This document shows positions 10,520 through 22,596 of a DNA stretch of 35,079 nucleotides, in pieces. The stretch lies in the sequence record SRR22947727_6326, one strand, 5' to 3'. Below the pieces are notes generated by a model, which saw only the letters and a list, made by a program, of their open reading frames with translations, did no database searches and was not told the DNA's origin. The translations under genes and the position numbers were made by a program. The number at the start of each line of letters is the position of its first letter. Position 1 is the first letter of the stretch.

Positions 10520-12040
10520 GTGAGCGATTTAAATATAGATCCAAAACAAATTTCAGATTCCCTAAAAGAGACTCTAGGGAACTGGTCAGAGGAAGTAAAA
10601 GACGACTTAGTAGGCTATGTTGCTTCTATTGCTGACGGTGTAGCAAGAGTTAAAGGATTAGAAAACGCCATGTCTTCTGAACTTCTCGAATTCCCTGGTG
10701 GACTTTTAGGTGTTGCTCTTAACTTAGATGAAGACTCTATAGGTGTTGTCTTGATGGGTGACTCAGATCATATTCAAGAAGGTATGCCCGTAAAACAAAC
10801 AGGTGAAGTTTTATCTATAGGTGTTGGGGATGGTTTTCTTGGAAGAGTTATTGATACTCTTGGAAACCCAATAGACGGTAAGGGACCAATCGAATTTACA
10901 GAGAGAAGATTAATGGAAACTCAAGCACCAACTGTCGTTGAAAGACAGCCTGTTGGAGAGCCACTTCAAACTGGTATAAAAGCTATTGACTCTATGATTC
11001 CAATTGGAAGAGGTCAAAGAGAATTAATAATTGGTGATAGAGGTATTGGTAAAACTGCAGTAGCAATTGACACAATTATTAATCAAAAAGACACAGATGT
11101 TAAATGTATCTATGTTGCTATTGGTCAGAAATCTTCCACTGTTGCTGAAGTAGTTGCAAGACTTGAAAGTGAAGGAGTACTTGATAAGACAGTAATTGTT
11201 AATGCTCCCGCATCAGCAGCAGCAGCACTTCAAATGTATGCCCCTTATGCTGGATCAGCAATTGGACAACATTGGATGTACAATGGCGAACACGCTTTAA
11301 TTGTCTTTGACGATCTTTCAAAACAAGCTATCGCTTACAGGCAAATATCATTATTACTCAGAAGACCTCCAGGAAGAGAAGCTTATCCAGGTGACGTGTT
11401 TTATTTGCATTCACGACTTCTAGAACGTTGTGCAAAGGTGTCTGCAGACTTAGGCGGAGGATCTATGACTGGCTTACCTATCATAGAAACAAAAGCTGGT
11501 GATGTATCTGCTTTCATTCCTACTAATGTAATTTCGATTACTGATGGACAAATATACCTAGAAAGTGAATTATTTTACTCTGGTGTTAGGCCCGCAGTAA
11601 ACCCTGGTACTTCAGTTTCACGTGTTGGTGGTGCAGCTCAAACAAAAGCTATGAAAAAAGTTTCTGGACCATTAAGAATCAATCTAGCTCAGTTTAGGGA
11701 GCTCGAAGCTTTCGCAGAGTTTGGATCAGATTTAGACGCAGCATCACAGTCACAGTTGGATAGAGGTATTCGAGTTGTTGAAATGTTAAAACAGCCTCAA
11801 TACGAACCAGTAGCAACAGAAGATCAAGTTATTGCACTTTACGCTGTTACAGAAGGTTATTTTGATAAAGTACCAGTTGATGGAATATATGAAGCAGAAA
11901 AGAATTTACTTGAATTCGTGAAAACACGATATTCAGACATGGTTAATACTATAAAAGAAACAGGAGAGCTTCCGGGAGATGAATTAAAAGACGCCGTTAT
12001 AGCTTTCGTTGCAACCTTGGAAACACCAGAAGAGGACTAA
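10520..12040 (+). CDS. atpA: F1 ATP synthase subunit alpha
   Basis: [25 protein letters not shown] and [28 protein letters not shown] start. Confidence 0.99.
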   Translation: MSDLNIDPKQISDSLKETLGNWSEEVKDDLVGYVASIADGVARVKGLENAMSSELLEFPGGLLGVALNLDEDSIGVVLMGDSDHIQEGMPVKQTGEVLSIGVGDGFLGRVIDTLGNPIDGKGPIEFTERRLMETQAPTVVERQPVGEPLQTGIKAIDSMIPIGRGQRELIIGDRGIGKTAVAIDTIINQKDTDVKCIYVAIGQKSSTVAEVVARLESEGVLDKTVIVNAPASAAAALQMYAPYAGSAIGQHWMYNGEHALIVFDDLSKQAIAYRQISLLLRRPPGREAYPGDVFYLHSRLLERCAKVSADLGGGSMTGLPIIETKAGDVSAFIPTNVISITDGQIYLESELFYSGVRPAVNPGTSVSRVGGAAQTKAMKKVSGPLRINLAQFRELEAFAEFGSDLDAASQSQLDRGIRVVEMLKQPQYEPVATEDQVIALYAVTEGYFDKVPVDGIYEAEKNLLEFVKTRYSDMVNTIKETGELPGDELKDAVIAFVATLETPEED

Positions 12041-12042
12041 AA

Positions 12043-14336
<2,294 letters not shown>

Positions 14337-14338
14337 TC

Positions 14339-14656
14339 ATGATTGTTAATGTAGTTAGCCCAGAGGAAGAATACTTTAGTGGCGAGTCAACAATGGTCGT
14401 CACCAGGACTCCAAATGGTGAAATCGGAATCTATAGTGGCCACGAAGCTACTGTAGCAACAATATTGCCTGGTGGATTAACAATTGAACACTCTGGAGGT
14501 AAGGACAGCTACGCAGTATCTGGAGGCCTTCTTCAAATTACTCCAGAAAAAGTAACTGTACTTGGTGAAATCATTGAAAAGATTGATGGAGACCACGAGG
14601 CAGCAATTTTACGTGGCAAAGAATTAGTAGAAGACTTAACAGAACAAGATAGTTAA
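14339..14656 (+). CDS. atpC: F1 ATP synthase subunit epsilon (short)
   Basis: VVSPE, GEIGIYSGH and AVSGGLLQI beta-sandwich motifs. Only 105 aa. Confidence 0.93.
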   Translation: MIVNVVSPEEEYFSGESTMVVTRTPNGEIGIYSGHEATVATILPGGLTIEHSGGKDSYAVSGGLLQITPEKVTVLGEIIEKIDGDHEAAILRGKELVEDLTEQDS

Positions 14657-14658
14657 TA

Positions 14659-15489
14659 ATGAAAAGCATACTCGCTTTTCATGCACACCCAGACGATGAA
14701 TCAGTATCAACAGGTGTCACTTTAGCAAAATATGCAGCTGAAGGGCATAGAGTAGTTGTTGCCACCGCAACCGATGGCTCTGCTGGAGAGATTCATAACT
14801 ACGATAATCCAGAAGAACTTTTTCCTAAACTCGCTGAAATGAGAAGAAAAGAGTTAGAGGCAAGCCTTGAAGCACTTGGTGTTAAAGAGTATGAATGGAT
14901 GGGGTTTAAAGATTCTGGAATGATGGGTACTAGTGAAAATGATGATCCAGATTGTTTCTGGAGACAAAACTATTTTGATCCTGTTGGAAAACTTGTCGAC
15001 ATAATTAGAAAATATAAACCTGATGCTTTAATCACATACGATCCTTTTGGAGGCTATGGTCATCCAGATCATATTCAGACACATAGAATCGGAACCGCAG
15101 CCTACTTTGCTGCCAGTGATTTAGACAAATTTCCTCTAAAAGAGGGTCAAGAAGTCTGGATACCAGAGCGTCTGTATTACAGTGCCTGGTCTAAGACAAG
15201 AATGCAATCAAGAAGGCAACAAATGTTTGATGCTGGAATTATTTCAGAAGAAGAGTTTAATAGATTTAACCCAATTGGCAGTGAACATGACGATATAGAT
15301 GTTGAGGTTGATGGAAGAAAGTATGTTGAGCATAAAATTAATTCTATGAAAGCTCATCGAAGTCAGTTTAAAAATGACTGGTGGGGTTTTAATATCCCAG
15401 ATGAATTTAAAGAGGACTTTTTAGGATATGAAAATTATATTCTCGCTTTTAATAGAGGAAATTGGTCTTCAGAATCTGAACTTGTTTAA
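14659..15489 (+). CDS. PIG-L family deacetylase, MshB/Mca (mycothiol pathway)-like
   Basis: HAHPDDE and TYDPFGGYGHPDH Zn motifs, DSGMMG and AHRSQ. The motif details look closer to MshB than Mca, but this is not resolved. Confidence 0.8.
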   Translation: MKSILAFHAHPDDESVSTGVTLAKYAAEGHRVVVATATDGSAGEIHNYDNPEELFPKLAEMRRKELEASLEALGVKEYEWMGFKDSGMMGTSENDDPDCFWRQNYFDPVGKLVDIIRKYKPDALITYDPFGGYGHPDHIQTHRIGTAAYFAASDLDKFPLKEGQEVWIPERLYYSAWSKTRMQSRRQQMFDAGIISEEEFNRFNPIGSEHDDIDVEVDGRKYVEHKINSMKAHRSQFKNDWWGFNIPDEFKEDFLGYENYILAFNRGNWSSESELV

Positions 15490-15490
15490 G

Positions 15491-15534
15491 TTTGAATCAC
15501 TTTTAACTTTGGTTTACTTCATTTTTACTTACTA
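15491..15534 (+). promoter_or_regulatory. Putative PHO box array upstream of pstS
   Basis: 11-nt-period units: 15491 tttgaatcact, 15502 tttaactttgg, 15513 tttacttcatt, 15524 tttacttacta. Confidence 0.65.
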
Positions 15535-15578
15535 ATTTTATATTTTTAATTAAGTAAAAAAATTAGAAAGGCAATTTA

Positions 15579-16577
15579 ATGACTAAATTAAAATTTACTT
15601 CATTACTGTTGATTCTATCTTTATTAGTAGTTGCATGCGGAGATAGCAATGAAACTAGTTCTGATGATTTAACAGATGGTGAAGAATTAGTTACCCAAAC
15701 AACTGTTGAATCTACAAATGAAGTTTCTGAGCCAGCAGTAGAGACACTTACTGGTGAGATATTGATTGATGGTTCTTCAACAGTTTTTCCAATTACTCAA
15801 GCTGTAGCTGAGGAATTTACAATCTTAAATCCTGACGTGAAAATTTCAGTTGGAGTTTCTGGAACAGGTGGTGGTTTTAAGAAATTCTGTCCTGGCGAGA
15901 CTATGATATCAAATGCATCAAGGGCAATAAAAGATAAAGAAGTAGCACTTTGTGAAGAGAACAACACTAACTATTTAGAGGTGCAAGTTGGTATAGATGC
16001 ATTATCAGTAGTAATACCATCTTCAAATGACTGGGCAACATGCTTGACAGTTGATGAGTTAAATTCAATATGGGTTGCTGATAGCTCAGTAAGTAGCTGG
16101 AGTGAAGTTAGAAGCGCATTCCCTGATGTGCCAATAGATTTATATGGCCCTGGTACGGATTCAGGAACTTTTGATTTTTTCAATGAGGAAATAACTGGAG
16201 AAACAGGTAGCCGATCTGATTACACAGCTTCTGAAGATGATAACGTATTAGTAAATGGAGTTTCTGGTTCTCAAGGTGGCCTTGGTTATTTTGGACTAGC
16301 TTACTATGAAGAGAATAAAGATAAATTAAACGCAGTACAAGTTGACGCTGGAAATGGTTGTCAGCCGCCAGAAGCTGCTTTTGAAGGAAATTACTTTTTA
16401 GCAAGACCGTTATATGTATATATTTCAGAGACTGTAAAAGAGGATCAAGTAGTTAAAGCATTTATTGACTTCTATTTTGAAGCTATGGATATTATCGTTC
16501 CTGTAGTTGGATACGTACCTATGCTTGAAGATCAAAAAGCCAATGCACTATCTGCTTGGCAGAACTTTAGTAGCTGA
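15579..16577 (+). CDS. pstS: Phosphate ABC transporter substrate-binding lipoprotein
   Basis: Lipobox LVVAC (Cys20), an acidic linker, DGSSTVFP, SGTGGGFKKFC, GPGTDSGTFDFF, SEDDNVLV and LARPLYVY. Confidence 0.96.
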   Translation: MTKLKFTSLLLILSLLVVACGDSNETSSDDLTDGEELVTQTTVESTNEVSEPAVETLTGEILIDGSSTVFPITQAVAEEFTILNPDVKISVGVSGTGGGFKKFCPGETMISNASRAIKDKEVALCEENNTNYLEVQVGIDALSVVIPSSNDWATCLTVDELNSIWVADSSVSSWSEVRSAFPDVPIDLYGPGTDSGTFDFFNEEITGETGSRSDYTASEDDNVLVNGVSGSQGGLGYFGLAYYEENKDKLNAVQVDAGNGCQPPEAAFEGNYFLARPLYVYISETVKEDQVVKAFIDFYFEAMDIIVPVVGYVPMLEDQKANALSAWQNFSS

Positions 16578-16578
16578 A

Positions 16579-16630
16579 AAACAAAAGACGTATCTGTGTA
16601 GAGATACATGGATACGTCTTTGTTTAATTT
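16579..16630 (+). terminator. Stem-loop after pstS (intrinsic terminator or mRNA-stabilising hairpin)
   Basis: A 17-bp stem, 16584-16600 (AAAGACGTATCTGTGTA) with 16605-16621 (TACATGGATACGTCTTT), including two G-U pairs. GAGA (GNRA) tetraloop, followed by GTTTAATTT. Confidence 0.85.
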
Positions 16631-16665
16631 CAATATAATTTCAATTTACTTTCTATTTACTTTTC
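16622..16665 (+). promoter_or_regulatory. Putative second PHO box array upstream of pstC
   Basis: Four 11-nt units: 16622 gtttaatttca, 16633 atataatttca, 16644 atttactttct, 16655 atttacttttc. Confidence 0.6.
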
Positions 16666-16691
16666 CAAATTAAATTTAATAAAAGTAATAA

Positions 16692-17612
16692 ATGACAAAA
16701 AATTTAAATTTATCCAAAGTTAAGACGAAACCAGTTGAGACCATTGTAAAGTTTTTTATTACAATGTCCGCATTCGCAGCAATCCTAATTTCTGTAGCTA
16801 TAGTTTTCACTCTTCTAACTGAAGCAATTAACTTTTTTAGAGACCCTGCTGTAACTTTTAAGGAATATTTTACTGCTACAAGATGGACTCCAACTTTTAA
16901 AAATCCTGTATATGGTGTGCTACCTTTGGTTTCCTCTACTTTATATATTGCTTTAATAGCTTGCATAATTTCTTTTCCACTTGGTTTATTTTCAGCAATA
17001 TATCTATCTGAATTTGCTTCAAGAAGAACGCGTAAAATCATAAAACCAATAATGGAGATTCTTGCGGGAGTACCAACAGTAGTCTTTGGTTATTTTGCAT
17101 TAAATTGGATAACTCCAAATATTGTACAACGTTTTATACCTGGCTCAGGAGTTTTTAATGCTATATCTGCAGGTATTGCTGTAGGTATCATGATTATTCC
17201 GACAGTTGCTTCTATTTCAGATGATGCTCTTAATGCAGTACCTAAATCTTTAAGAATGGGCTCATTGGCACTAGGATCCACAAGGAGAATTACAGCACTA
17301 AAAATAATGCTCCCTGCAGCTTTGTCAGGAATTATTGCTTCGTTTATTTTAGGATTTTCTAGAGCAATTGGAGAAACGATGATAGTAACAATCGCGGGAG
17401 GACAGTATCCGGAGCTTAACCTTGATCCACGAAAGGCTATGTACACCATTACATCCTCAATAGTTAATGTTTCACTTGGAGATACCCCCCACGGTACAAC
17501 TGCCTATAATGCGTTGTTTGCACTTGGAATAACTTTATTTATTATGACTTTTATTCTTAATATTTTTTCTGATTACATAGCTAGAAAATACAGGAAAGAA
17601 TATGAACAATAG
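16692..17612 (+). CDS. pstC: Phosphate ABC transporter permease PstC
   Basis: YGVLPLV, AIYLSEFA, EILAGVPTVVFGYF, SRAIGETM and ALFALGITLF. Confidence 0.97.
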   Translation: MTKNLNLSKVKTKPVETIVKFFITMSAFAAILISVAIVFTLLTEAINFFRDPAVTFKEYFTATRWTPTFKNPVYGVLPLVSSTLYIALIACIISFPLGLFSAIYLSEFASRRTRKIIKPIMEILAGVPTVVFGYFALNWITPNIVQRFIPGSGVFNAISAGIAVGIMIIPTVASISDDALNAVPKSLRMGSLALGSTRRITALKIMLPAALSGIIASFILGFSRAIGETMIVTIAGGQYPELNLDPRKAMYTITSSIVNVSLGDTPHGTTAYNALFALGITLFIMTFILNIFSDYIARKYRKEYEQ

Positions 17613-18522
17613 TCAATTGTTGAAGGGTTCAAAAAAAGAGAGAGAGTTAAAAGAATTAGCCTTTTTAACTATTTTGTATCTTTGTGTAACAGTAGCAATA
17701 GTTACTTTAATGACACTTATCTATGATGTTATCTCTACAGGTTACTCTCGTTTATTAAGTGATTATGAATTAGGACTAATTAATAAGGTAACAATTAATA
17801 ACCCAAAAGACTTCTTAACAAGTTTAGATTCCAGAGACCCACTAAAAGCGGGCATAGGACCAGCGTTTGCTGGAACCATCTGGCTTATGGTTATTGTAAT
17901 TGCGGCTACATTCCCACTCGGTGCAGGTGCGGCGATATATCTGCAAGAATTTGCTCCAAGAAATAAATTAACAAGGTTTATTGAGTTAAATTTAACTAAT
18001 TTAGCAGGAGTCCCATCAGTAATTTATGGATTAATGGGTCTAGCAGTTTTTGTTAGACTTGCTGGCTTTGGAAGATCAGTATTATCTGGTGGCTTAACTT
18101 TAACTTTATTAATTCTTCCTGTGGTAATTGTTGCTTCAAGAGAAGCTTTAAAAGCGGTTCCTGACACAATTAGACAAGGTGCATTAGCTTTGGGGTCAAC
18201 AAGATTCCAGGCAATATTTAGACAAGTTGTTCCCTCAGCAATTCCTGGAATGGTAACAGGAATGGTCCTTGGTTTATCTAGAGCGATTGGTGAAACAGCC
18301 CCATTAATTTTTATGGGTGCACTCACTTATGTTAATTATTATCCGGACACCCCTCTTAGTGGATTTACTGCCATACCAATCCAAGTTTATAACTGGATAG
18401 GGTACCCACAACCTGAATGGAAAGATACATCATCTGCGGGAATAATACTATTGCTTGGTTTGCTTTTAAGCATGAATGCTTTGGCTTTAATTATTAGAAA
18501 TAGATTTGAAAAAGATTGGTAA
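17602..18522 (+). CDS. pstA: Phosphate ABC transporter permease PstA
   Basis: NLAGVPSVIYGLMG, SREALKAVP and LSRAIGETAPL. Confidence 0.97.
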   Translation: MNNSQLLKGSKKERELKELAFLTILYLCVTVAIVTLMTLIYDVISTGYSRLLSDYELGLINKVTINNPKDFLTSLDSRDPLKAGIGPAFAGTIWLMVIVIAATFPLGAGAAIYLQEFAPRNKLTRFIELNLTNLAGVPSVIYGLMGLAVFVRLAGFGRSVLSGGLTLTLLILPVVIVASREALKAVPDTIRQGALALGSTRFQAIFRQVVPSAIPGMVTGMVLGLSRAIGETAPLIFMGALTYVNYYPDTPLSGFTAIPIQVYNWIGYPQPEWKDTSSAGIILLLGLLLSMNALALIIRNRFEKDW

Positions 18523-18539
18523 TAATCAGGGAGGAATAA

Positions 18540-19346
18540 ATGGAAACTAAGATAACAACAAAAAAAGAGTTAGATTATGTTTTTACAGTTAGAGATGTAT
18601 CGATAAGTTACGGAGATTTTACGGCAGTAAAGAATGTCTCTATGGATATGTTTAAAAATAACATCACCGCCTTCATAGGCCCATCAGGTTGTGGTAAAAG
18701 CACCCTTATCAGATCATTTAATAGGATGAATGATTTGATTCCTAATGCTGTTGTAAACGGTGAAATAAATTATCAAGGCATAAACCTATACGATAAAGAA
18801 GTAGATCCAGTGCAAGTACGAAGAAGAATTGGTATGGTTTTTCAAAAACCAAATCCATTTCCAAAATCAATTCGAGAAAATATAACTTTTGGATTAAAGG
18901 TTAATAATATGACCGACAATTTAGATGACAGAGTTGAAAAAGCACTTACACAGGCAGCTCTTTGGGATGAAGTTAAAAACGACCTAGATAAAAATGCACT
19001 CGATCTTTCTGGAGGGCAGCAACAGAGATTATGCATTGCAAGAACAATCGCAGTCGAACCAGACACAATTTTGATGGATGAACCATGCTCAGCACTAGAC
19101 CCAGTTGCAACTAAAAAAATTGAAGATTTAATGCAGATATTAGTAAAAGATTTTTCCATACTTATAGTGACTCATAACATGCAACAAGCATCAAGAGTAT
19201 CTAACTACTGTGCTTTTTTTACAACAAAGGCAACTGATGATGGAAGAAGGACTGGTGAATTAGTAGAATATAGCGATACAAAAACTATGTTTACAAATCC
19301 ATCTGAAAGTTTAACAGAAGAATATATCAGTGGGAGGTTTGGATGA
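18540..19346 (+). CDS. pstB: Phosphate ABC transporter ATP-binding protein
   Basis: [51 protein letters not shown] and YISGRFG. Confidence 0.99.
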   Translation: METKITTKKELDYVFTVRDVSISYGDFTAVKNVSMDMFKNNITAFIGPSGCGKSTLIRSFNRMNDLIPNAVVNGEINYQGINLYDKEVDPVQVRRRIGMVFQKPNPFPKSIRENITFGLKVNNMTDNLDDRVEKALTQAALWDEVKNDLDKNALDLSGGQQQRLCIARTIAVEPDTILMDEPCSALDPVATKKIEDLMQILVKDFSILIVTHNMQQASRVSNYCAFFTTKATDDGRRTGELVEYSDTKTMFTNPSESLTEEYISGRFG

Positions 19347-19984
19347 GTTTAGAACAGAAAATAAATAATCTTGAAACGGATTTACACATTATGGGGACTT
19401 TAGTTCTTGAATCGTTGGTAAGCGCCGTAAGGGCGTTAGAAGACAAAGATATTGCAAAAGCATCAGTAGTGATTGATAAAGATGATGAGATAGATGATGC
19501 ATATATGAAGATCGATCAAGACTGGTTCGAACTTATGGCTACGGAACAACCTGTAGCTTCGGATTTAAGACTCTCAACATCAATTCTGCAAGCAAGCTTA
19601 CACTTGGAAAGACTTGGCGATTTATCTGTTTATTTAGGAAAAACAACTCACGAAATACATGATTTACCGATTCCAGAAAGTTTACATAAAATTGTCATTG
19701 AAATGGGTGATATGGTAATCGACATGGCTTCTTCAGCATTAGAAAGTTTAAAAAACAGAGACGCTGAACTAGCCCTATCAACTGCAAGAAAAGATGAACT
19801 TATAAATAGCTTATACAATAAAATGCTAAATGAAGTACCCAATATTTCTGGTAATAAAGACTTATACAGTGGATTATTTAGACTAATAACATGTGTGAGA
19901 ACTTTAGAAAGAGGTGGGGATCACGCTGTAGATATATGCGAACTAGCCTCATTTCTAGTCACTGGAGAGTTTAAGGAGTTCTAA
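19343..19984 (+). CDS. phoU: Phosphate signalling complex protein PhoU
   Basis: [20 protein letters not shown] and [13 protein letters not shown] (two PhoU repeats). Confidence 0.95.
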   Translation: MSLEQKINNLETDLHIMGTLVLESLVSAVRALEDKDIAKASVVIDKDDEIDDAYMKIDQDWFELMATEQPVASDLRLSTSILQASLHLERLGDLSVYLGKTTHEIHDLPIPESLHKIVIEMGDMVIDMASSALESLKNRDAELALSTARKDELINSLYNKMLNEVPNISGNKDLYSGLFRLITCVRTLERGGDHAVDICELASFLVTGEFKEF

Positions 19985-20697
19985 TGGCAAATAAAATCTT
20001 ACTTGTAGAAGATGAAAAAAGTATTGCCGAAGGGATAATTTACAATCTTAAAAATGAAGGTATGAAGGTAACTCATGTTGATGAAGGTCCAATTGCCTTA
20101 GATCTATTTGAAGAAGAACATTTTGATTTAGTGATACTGGATATTATGCTTCCTGAAATTTCCGGTTTAGATATCTGTAGATCTATAAGGAAAACATCTA
20201 ATGTTCCAATAATAATGGTGACCGCAAGAGATGATGAAGTAGATAAAATTACAGGTTTAGAAATAGGTGCGGATGATTATATTACAAAACCTTTTTCTGT
20301 TAAAGAGTTAATTAGCCGTGTCAAAGCTGTCATGAGAAGATCGCAGTTTTCACCTCCTACAAATGGAAGTCAAAAAGGTAATTTTGCAGGTAATGACAAA
20401 ATAATTGTTGGGGATATTGAAATAAGTCCACTTAGATATGAAGCAAAAGTAAAGGGAGAGCTTATTGACTTAAGACCCAGAGAGTTTGAATTACTTTATT
20501 ATTTATGTGACAATGCTGGTAACTTAGTTTCAAGAGAGGAATTATTTGATCAAGTGTGGGGTTATAGTTTTGCTGGAAACTCCAAAACGCTTGATGTGCA
20601 TATACAAAGAATTAGAGAAAGATTAGAGGAAAATCCTAAAAAACCAAAAAGACTTACGACTATAAGAGGTATGGGATACAAACTTATCGATGAATGA
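19984..20697 (+). CDS. OmpR/PhoB-family response regulator (RegX3/PhoP-like)
   Basis: ILLVEDE, LDIMLP (phospho-Asp), GADDYITKPFS, a winged helix with SKTLDVHIQRIR, and TIRGMGYK. Lies within the pst/phoU cluster. Confidence 0.92.
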   Translation: MANKILLVEDEKSIAEGIIYNLKNEGMKVTHVDEGPIALDLFEEEHFDLVILDIMLPEISGLDICRSIRKTSNVPIIMVTARDDEVDKITGLEIGADDYITKPFSVKELISRVKAVMRRSQFSPPTNGSQKGNFAGNDKIIVGDIEISPLRYEAKVKGELIDLRPREFELLYYLCDNAGNLVSREELFDQVWGYSFAGNSKTLDVHIQRIRERLEENPKKPKRLTTIRGMGYKLIDE

Positions 20698-21394
20698 TAA
20701 TACAGAAGAATTCTTAGAGATCACAAGAATTAAAGAAGAGTTTATAGCAAATGCTTCTCATGAGTTAAAAACTCCTATAGCTTCTGTGAGACTTGCAGCT
20801 GAATCCGCACTCAGGTCTTTAAAACTAAATGATGGAATGGCACAATCATTTTTAGAGCAAATTCTTAGGGATTCAGATCGCATGAACGAATTGATTTCTG
20901 ATTTGCTAGATCTTTCTTTAATGGAAACTTCAGATATTGAAATGGAAGTAGTAGATTTACATGATGTGATTTCAAATGAGATTTCATATCTTTCGAAACA
21001 AAATAAGAAGAGAGTGGGATATAAAAAAACAAAAGTTGAGATTTATGCAAATTATGATGATATCTCCATTGCTGTTAAAAATTTAATCAAAAATGCTCTT
21101 AAGTACTCACCCCCTGAAGAAAATATATTTATTAAGACTGAGGAAAGTAGTTCTGAGATAATTTGCTCTTTTCAAGATTATGGGTCTGGAATATCTCAAG
21201 CAGATCAAGAAAAGATATTTGAAAGATTTTATAGAGTAGATAAAGGCAGGTCTCGAAAGCTAGGGGGGACTGGGTTAGGTTTAGCAATTGTTAAACATGC
21301 TATTGATAGAAATAATGCAAGAATTGAAATAGATAGTAAACTTAGTTTTGGTTCAACATTTTCAATAATATTTTCAAAAGTAAACGTCAAGTAA
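20690..21394 (+). CDS. Histidine kinase (SenX3/PhoR-like) with only DHp and ATPase domains
   Basis: H-box FIANASHELKTP begins at residue 18. N-box NLIKNALKY, QDYGSGI, IFERFYRVDKGRSR and GGTGLGLAIVKH. No TM segment. Confidence 0.92.
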   Translation: MNDNTEEFLEITRIKEEFIANASHELKTPIASVRLAAESALRSLKLNDGMAQSFLEQILRDSDRMNELISDLLDLSLMETSDIEMEVVDLHDVISNEISYLSKQNKKRVGYKKTKVEIYANYDDISIAVKNLIKNALKYSPPEENIFIKTEESSSEIICSFQDYGSGISQADQEKIFERFYRVDKGRSRKLGGTGLGLAIVKHAIDRNNARIEIDSKLSFGSTFSIIFSKVNVK

Positions 21395-21411
21395 ACACAC
21401 AGTAAATCTAA
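21379..21411 (-). promoter_or_regulatory. Putative inverted PHO box array upstream of the Na/Pi cotransporter
   Basis: AGTAAA (TTTACT on the minus strand) at 21379, 21390 and 21401, an exact 11-nt period. TATAAT at 21435-21440. Confidence 0.55.
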
Positions 21412-21451
21412 ATTTAATTTAATTTAAACTCATATATAATTTGTAAAGAAT

Positions 21452-22588
21452 ATGAATTTAAAATCTTTAAAAAATTTAAGCTTCGCAATATTTTTCTTAT
21501 ATTTTTTCCTTGTATCAATCAAACTTCTTGAAAAAGGCATTAAAACTTTAGGTGCAGAATACACAGATGCACTTTTTGAGTCAGTCTCCAATCCTTTTGC
21601 TGGTTTACTGGTTGGAATTTTATGTACAGTATTAGTGCAATCTTCATCTGTTACTACTGCAACAATTGTTGGTTTAGTTGGAAGTGGAGTCCTTAGCTTG
21701 GAATACGCAATACCCATGGTTATGGGAGCAAATATAGGAACAACAGTAACTAATACCTTAGTTTCTTTTGGTCACGTAAGAAGAGAACAGGAATTTAAAA
21801 GAGCTTTTGCAGCCTCAACGATGCATGACTTCTTTAACTTATTAGTGGTGATAATACTTTTTCCTCTTGACCTATATACGGGGTTTATAACAAGGATGGC
21901 TGAAAATGGAACAGATTTCGTTCTTGCCACAGGGTTCACGGCAACAAAACCAAATAGCCCAATCAAGGCAGGAATTAAGTGGGGTTCAAATAATATCCTA
22001 GACGGACTATCTTCTATTCCATTTATAAACAATCTCAGTGAGAATTCTTACAGAGCCTACGCGGTCCTTTTGATTATTATTGCAATTGCATTTATTTTCT
22101 TGAGCCTAAAAAATGTAGTATCGAATATGAAATCTCTTATGCTCAACCAAATTGAATTCGGGCTAGATAAAGCCCTTGCAAAAGGTGGGGGACTTCTCGC
22201 AATATTGATCGGAATCTTAATTACCTTTTCAGTACAAAGCTCAAGTATCACAACTTCAATACTCGTGCCGATTGTTGGTTCAGGAATTCTATCTATTGAG
22301 AATGCATTTCCAATAACATTAGGGGCAAATATTGGTACAACAATCACAGCTGTTCTAGCTAGCTTTGCTGTAGATGATCCAGCAGGATTAACTATTGCAC
22401 TACACCATGTATTTTTCAATTTAATTGGTGTGATTATTGTTTATCCAGTAAAAGCAGTAAGAAATATACCAGTTAATTTGGCAAAGAGACTCAGTGTTAT
22501 AACTGCTAAAAGAAGATACATTGCAATATTGTATGTATTAGTAACATTCTTATTACTTCCACTATTGGGCGTAGTACTATTTAACTAA
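21452..22588 (+). CDS. nptA: Na+/phosphate cotransporter (SLC34/NaPi-II, NptA-like)
   Basis: Duplicated signatures VQSSSVTT/VQSSSITT and GANIGTTVT/GANIGTTIT, plus MHDFFN/LHHVFFN. Confidence 0.92.
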   Translation: MNLKSLKNLSFAIFFLYFFLVSIKLLEKGIKTLGAEYTDALFESVSNPFAGLLVGILCTVLVQSSSVTTATIVGLVGSGVLSLEYAIPMVMGANIGTTVTNTLVSFGHVRREQEFKRAFAASTMHDFFNLLVVIILFPLDLYTGFITRMAENGTDFVLATGFTATKPNSPIKAGIKWGSNNILDGLSSIPFINNLSENSYRAYAVLLIIIAIAFIFLSLKNVVSNMKSLMLNQIEFGLDKALAKGGGLLAILIGILITFSVQSSSITTSILVPIVGSGILSIENAFPITLGANIGTTITAVLASFAVDDPAGLTIALHHVFFNLIGVIIVYPVKAVRNIPVNLAKRLSVITAKRRYIAILYVLVTFLLLPLLGVVLFN

Positions 22589-22596
22589 GGAGAAAA

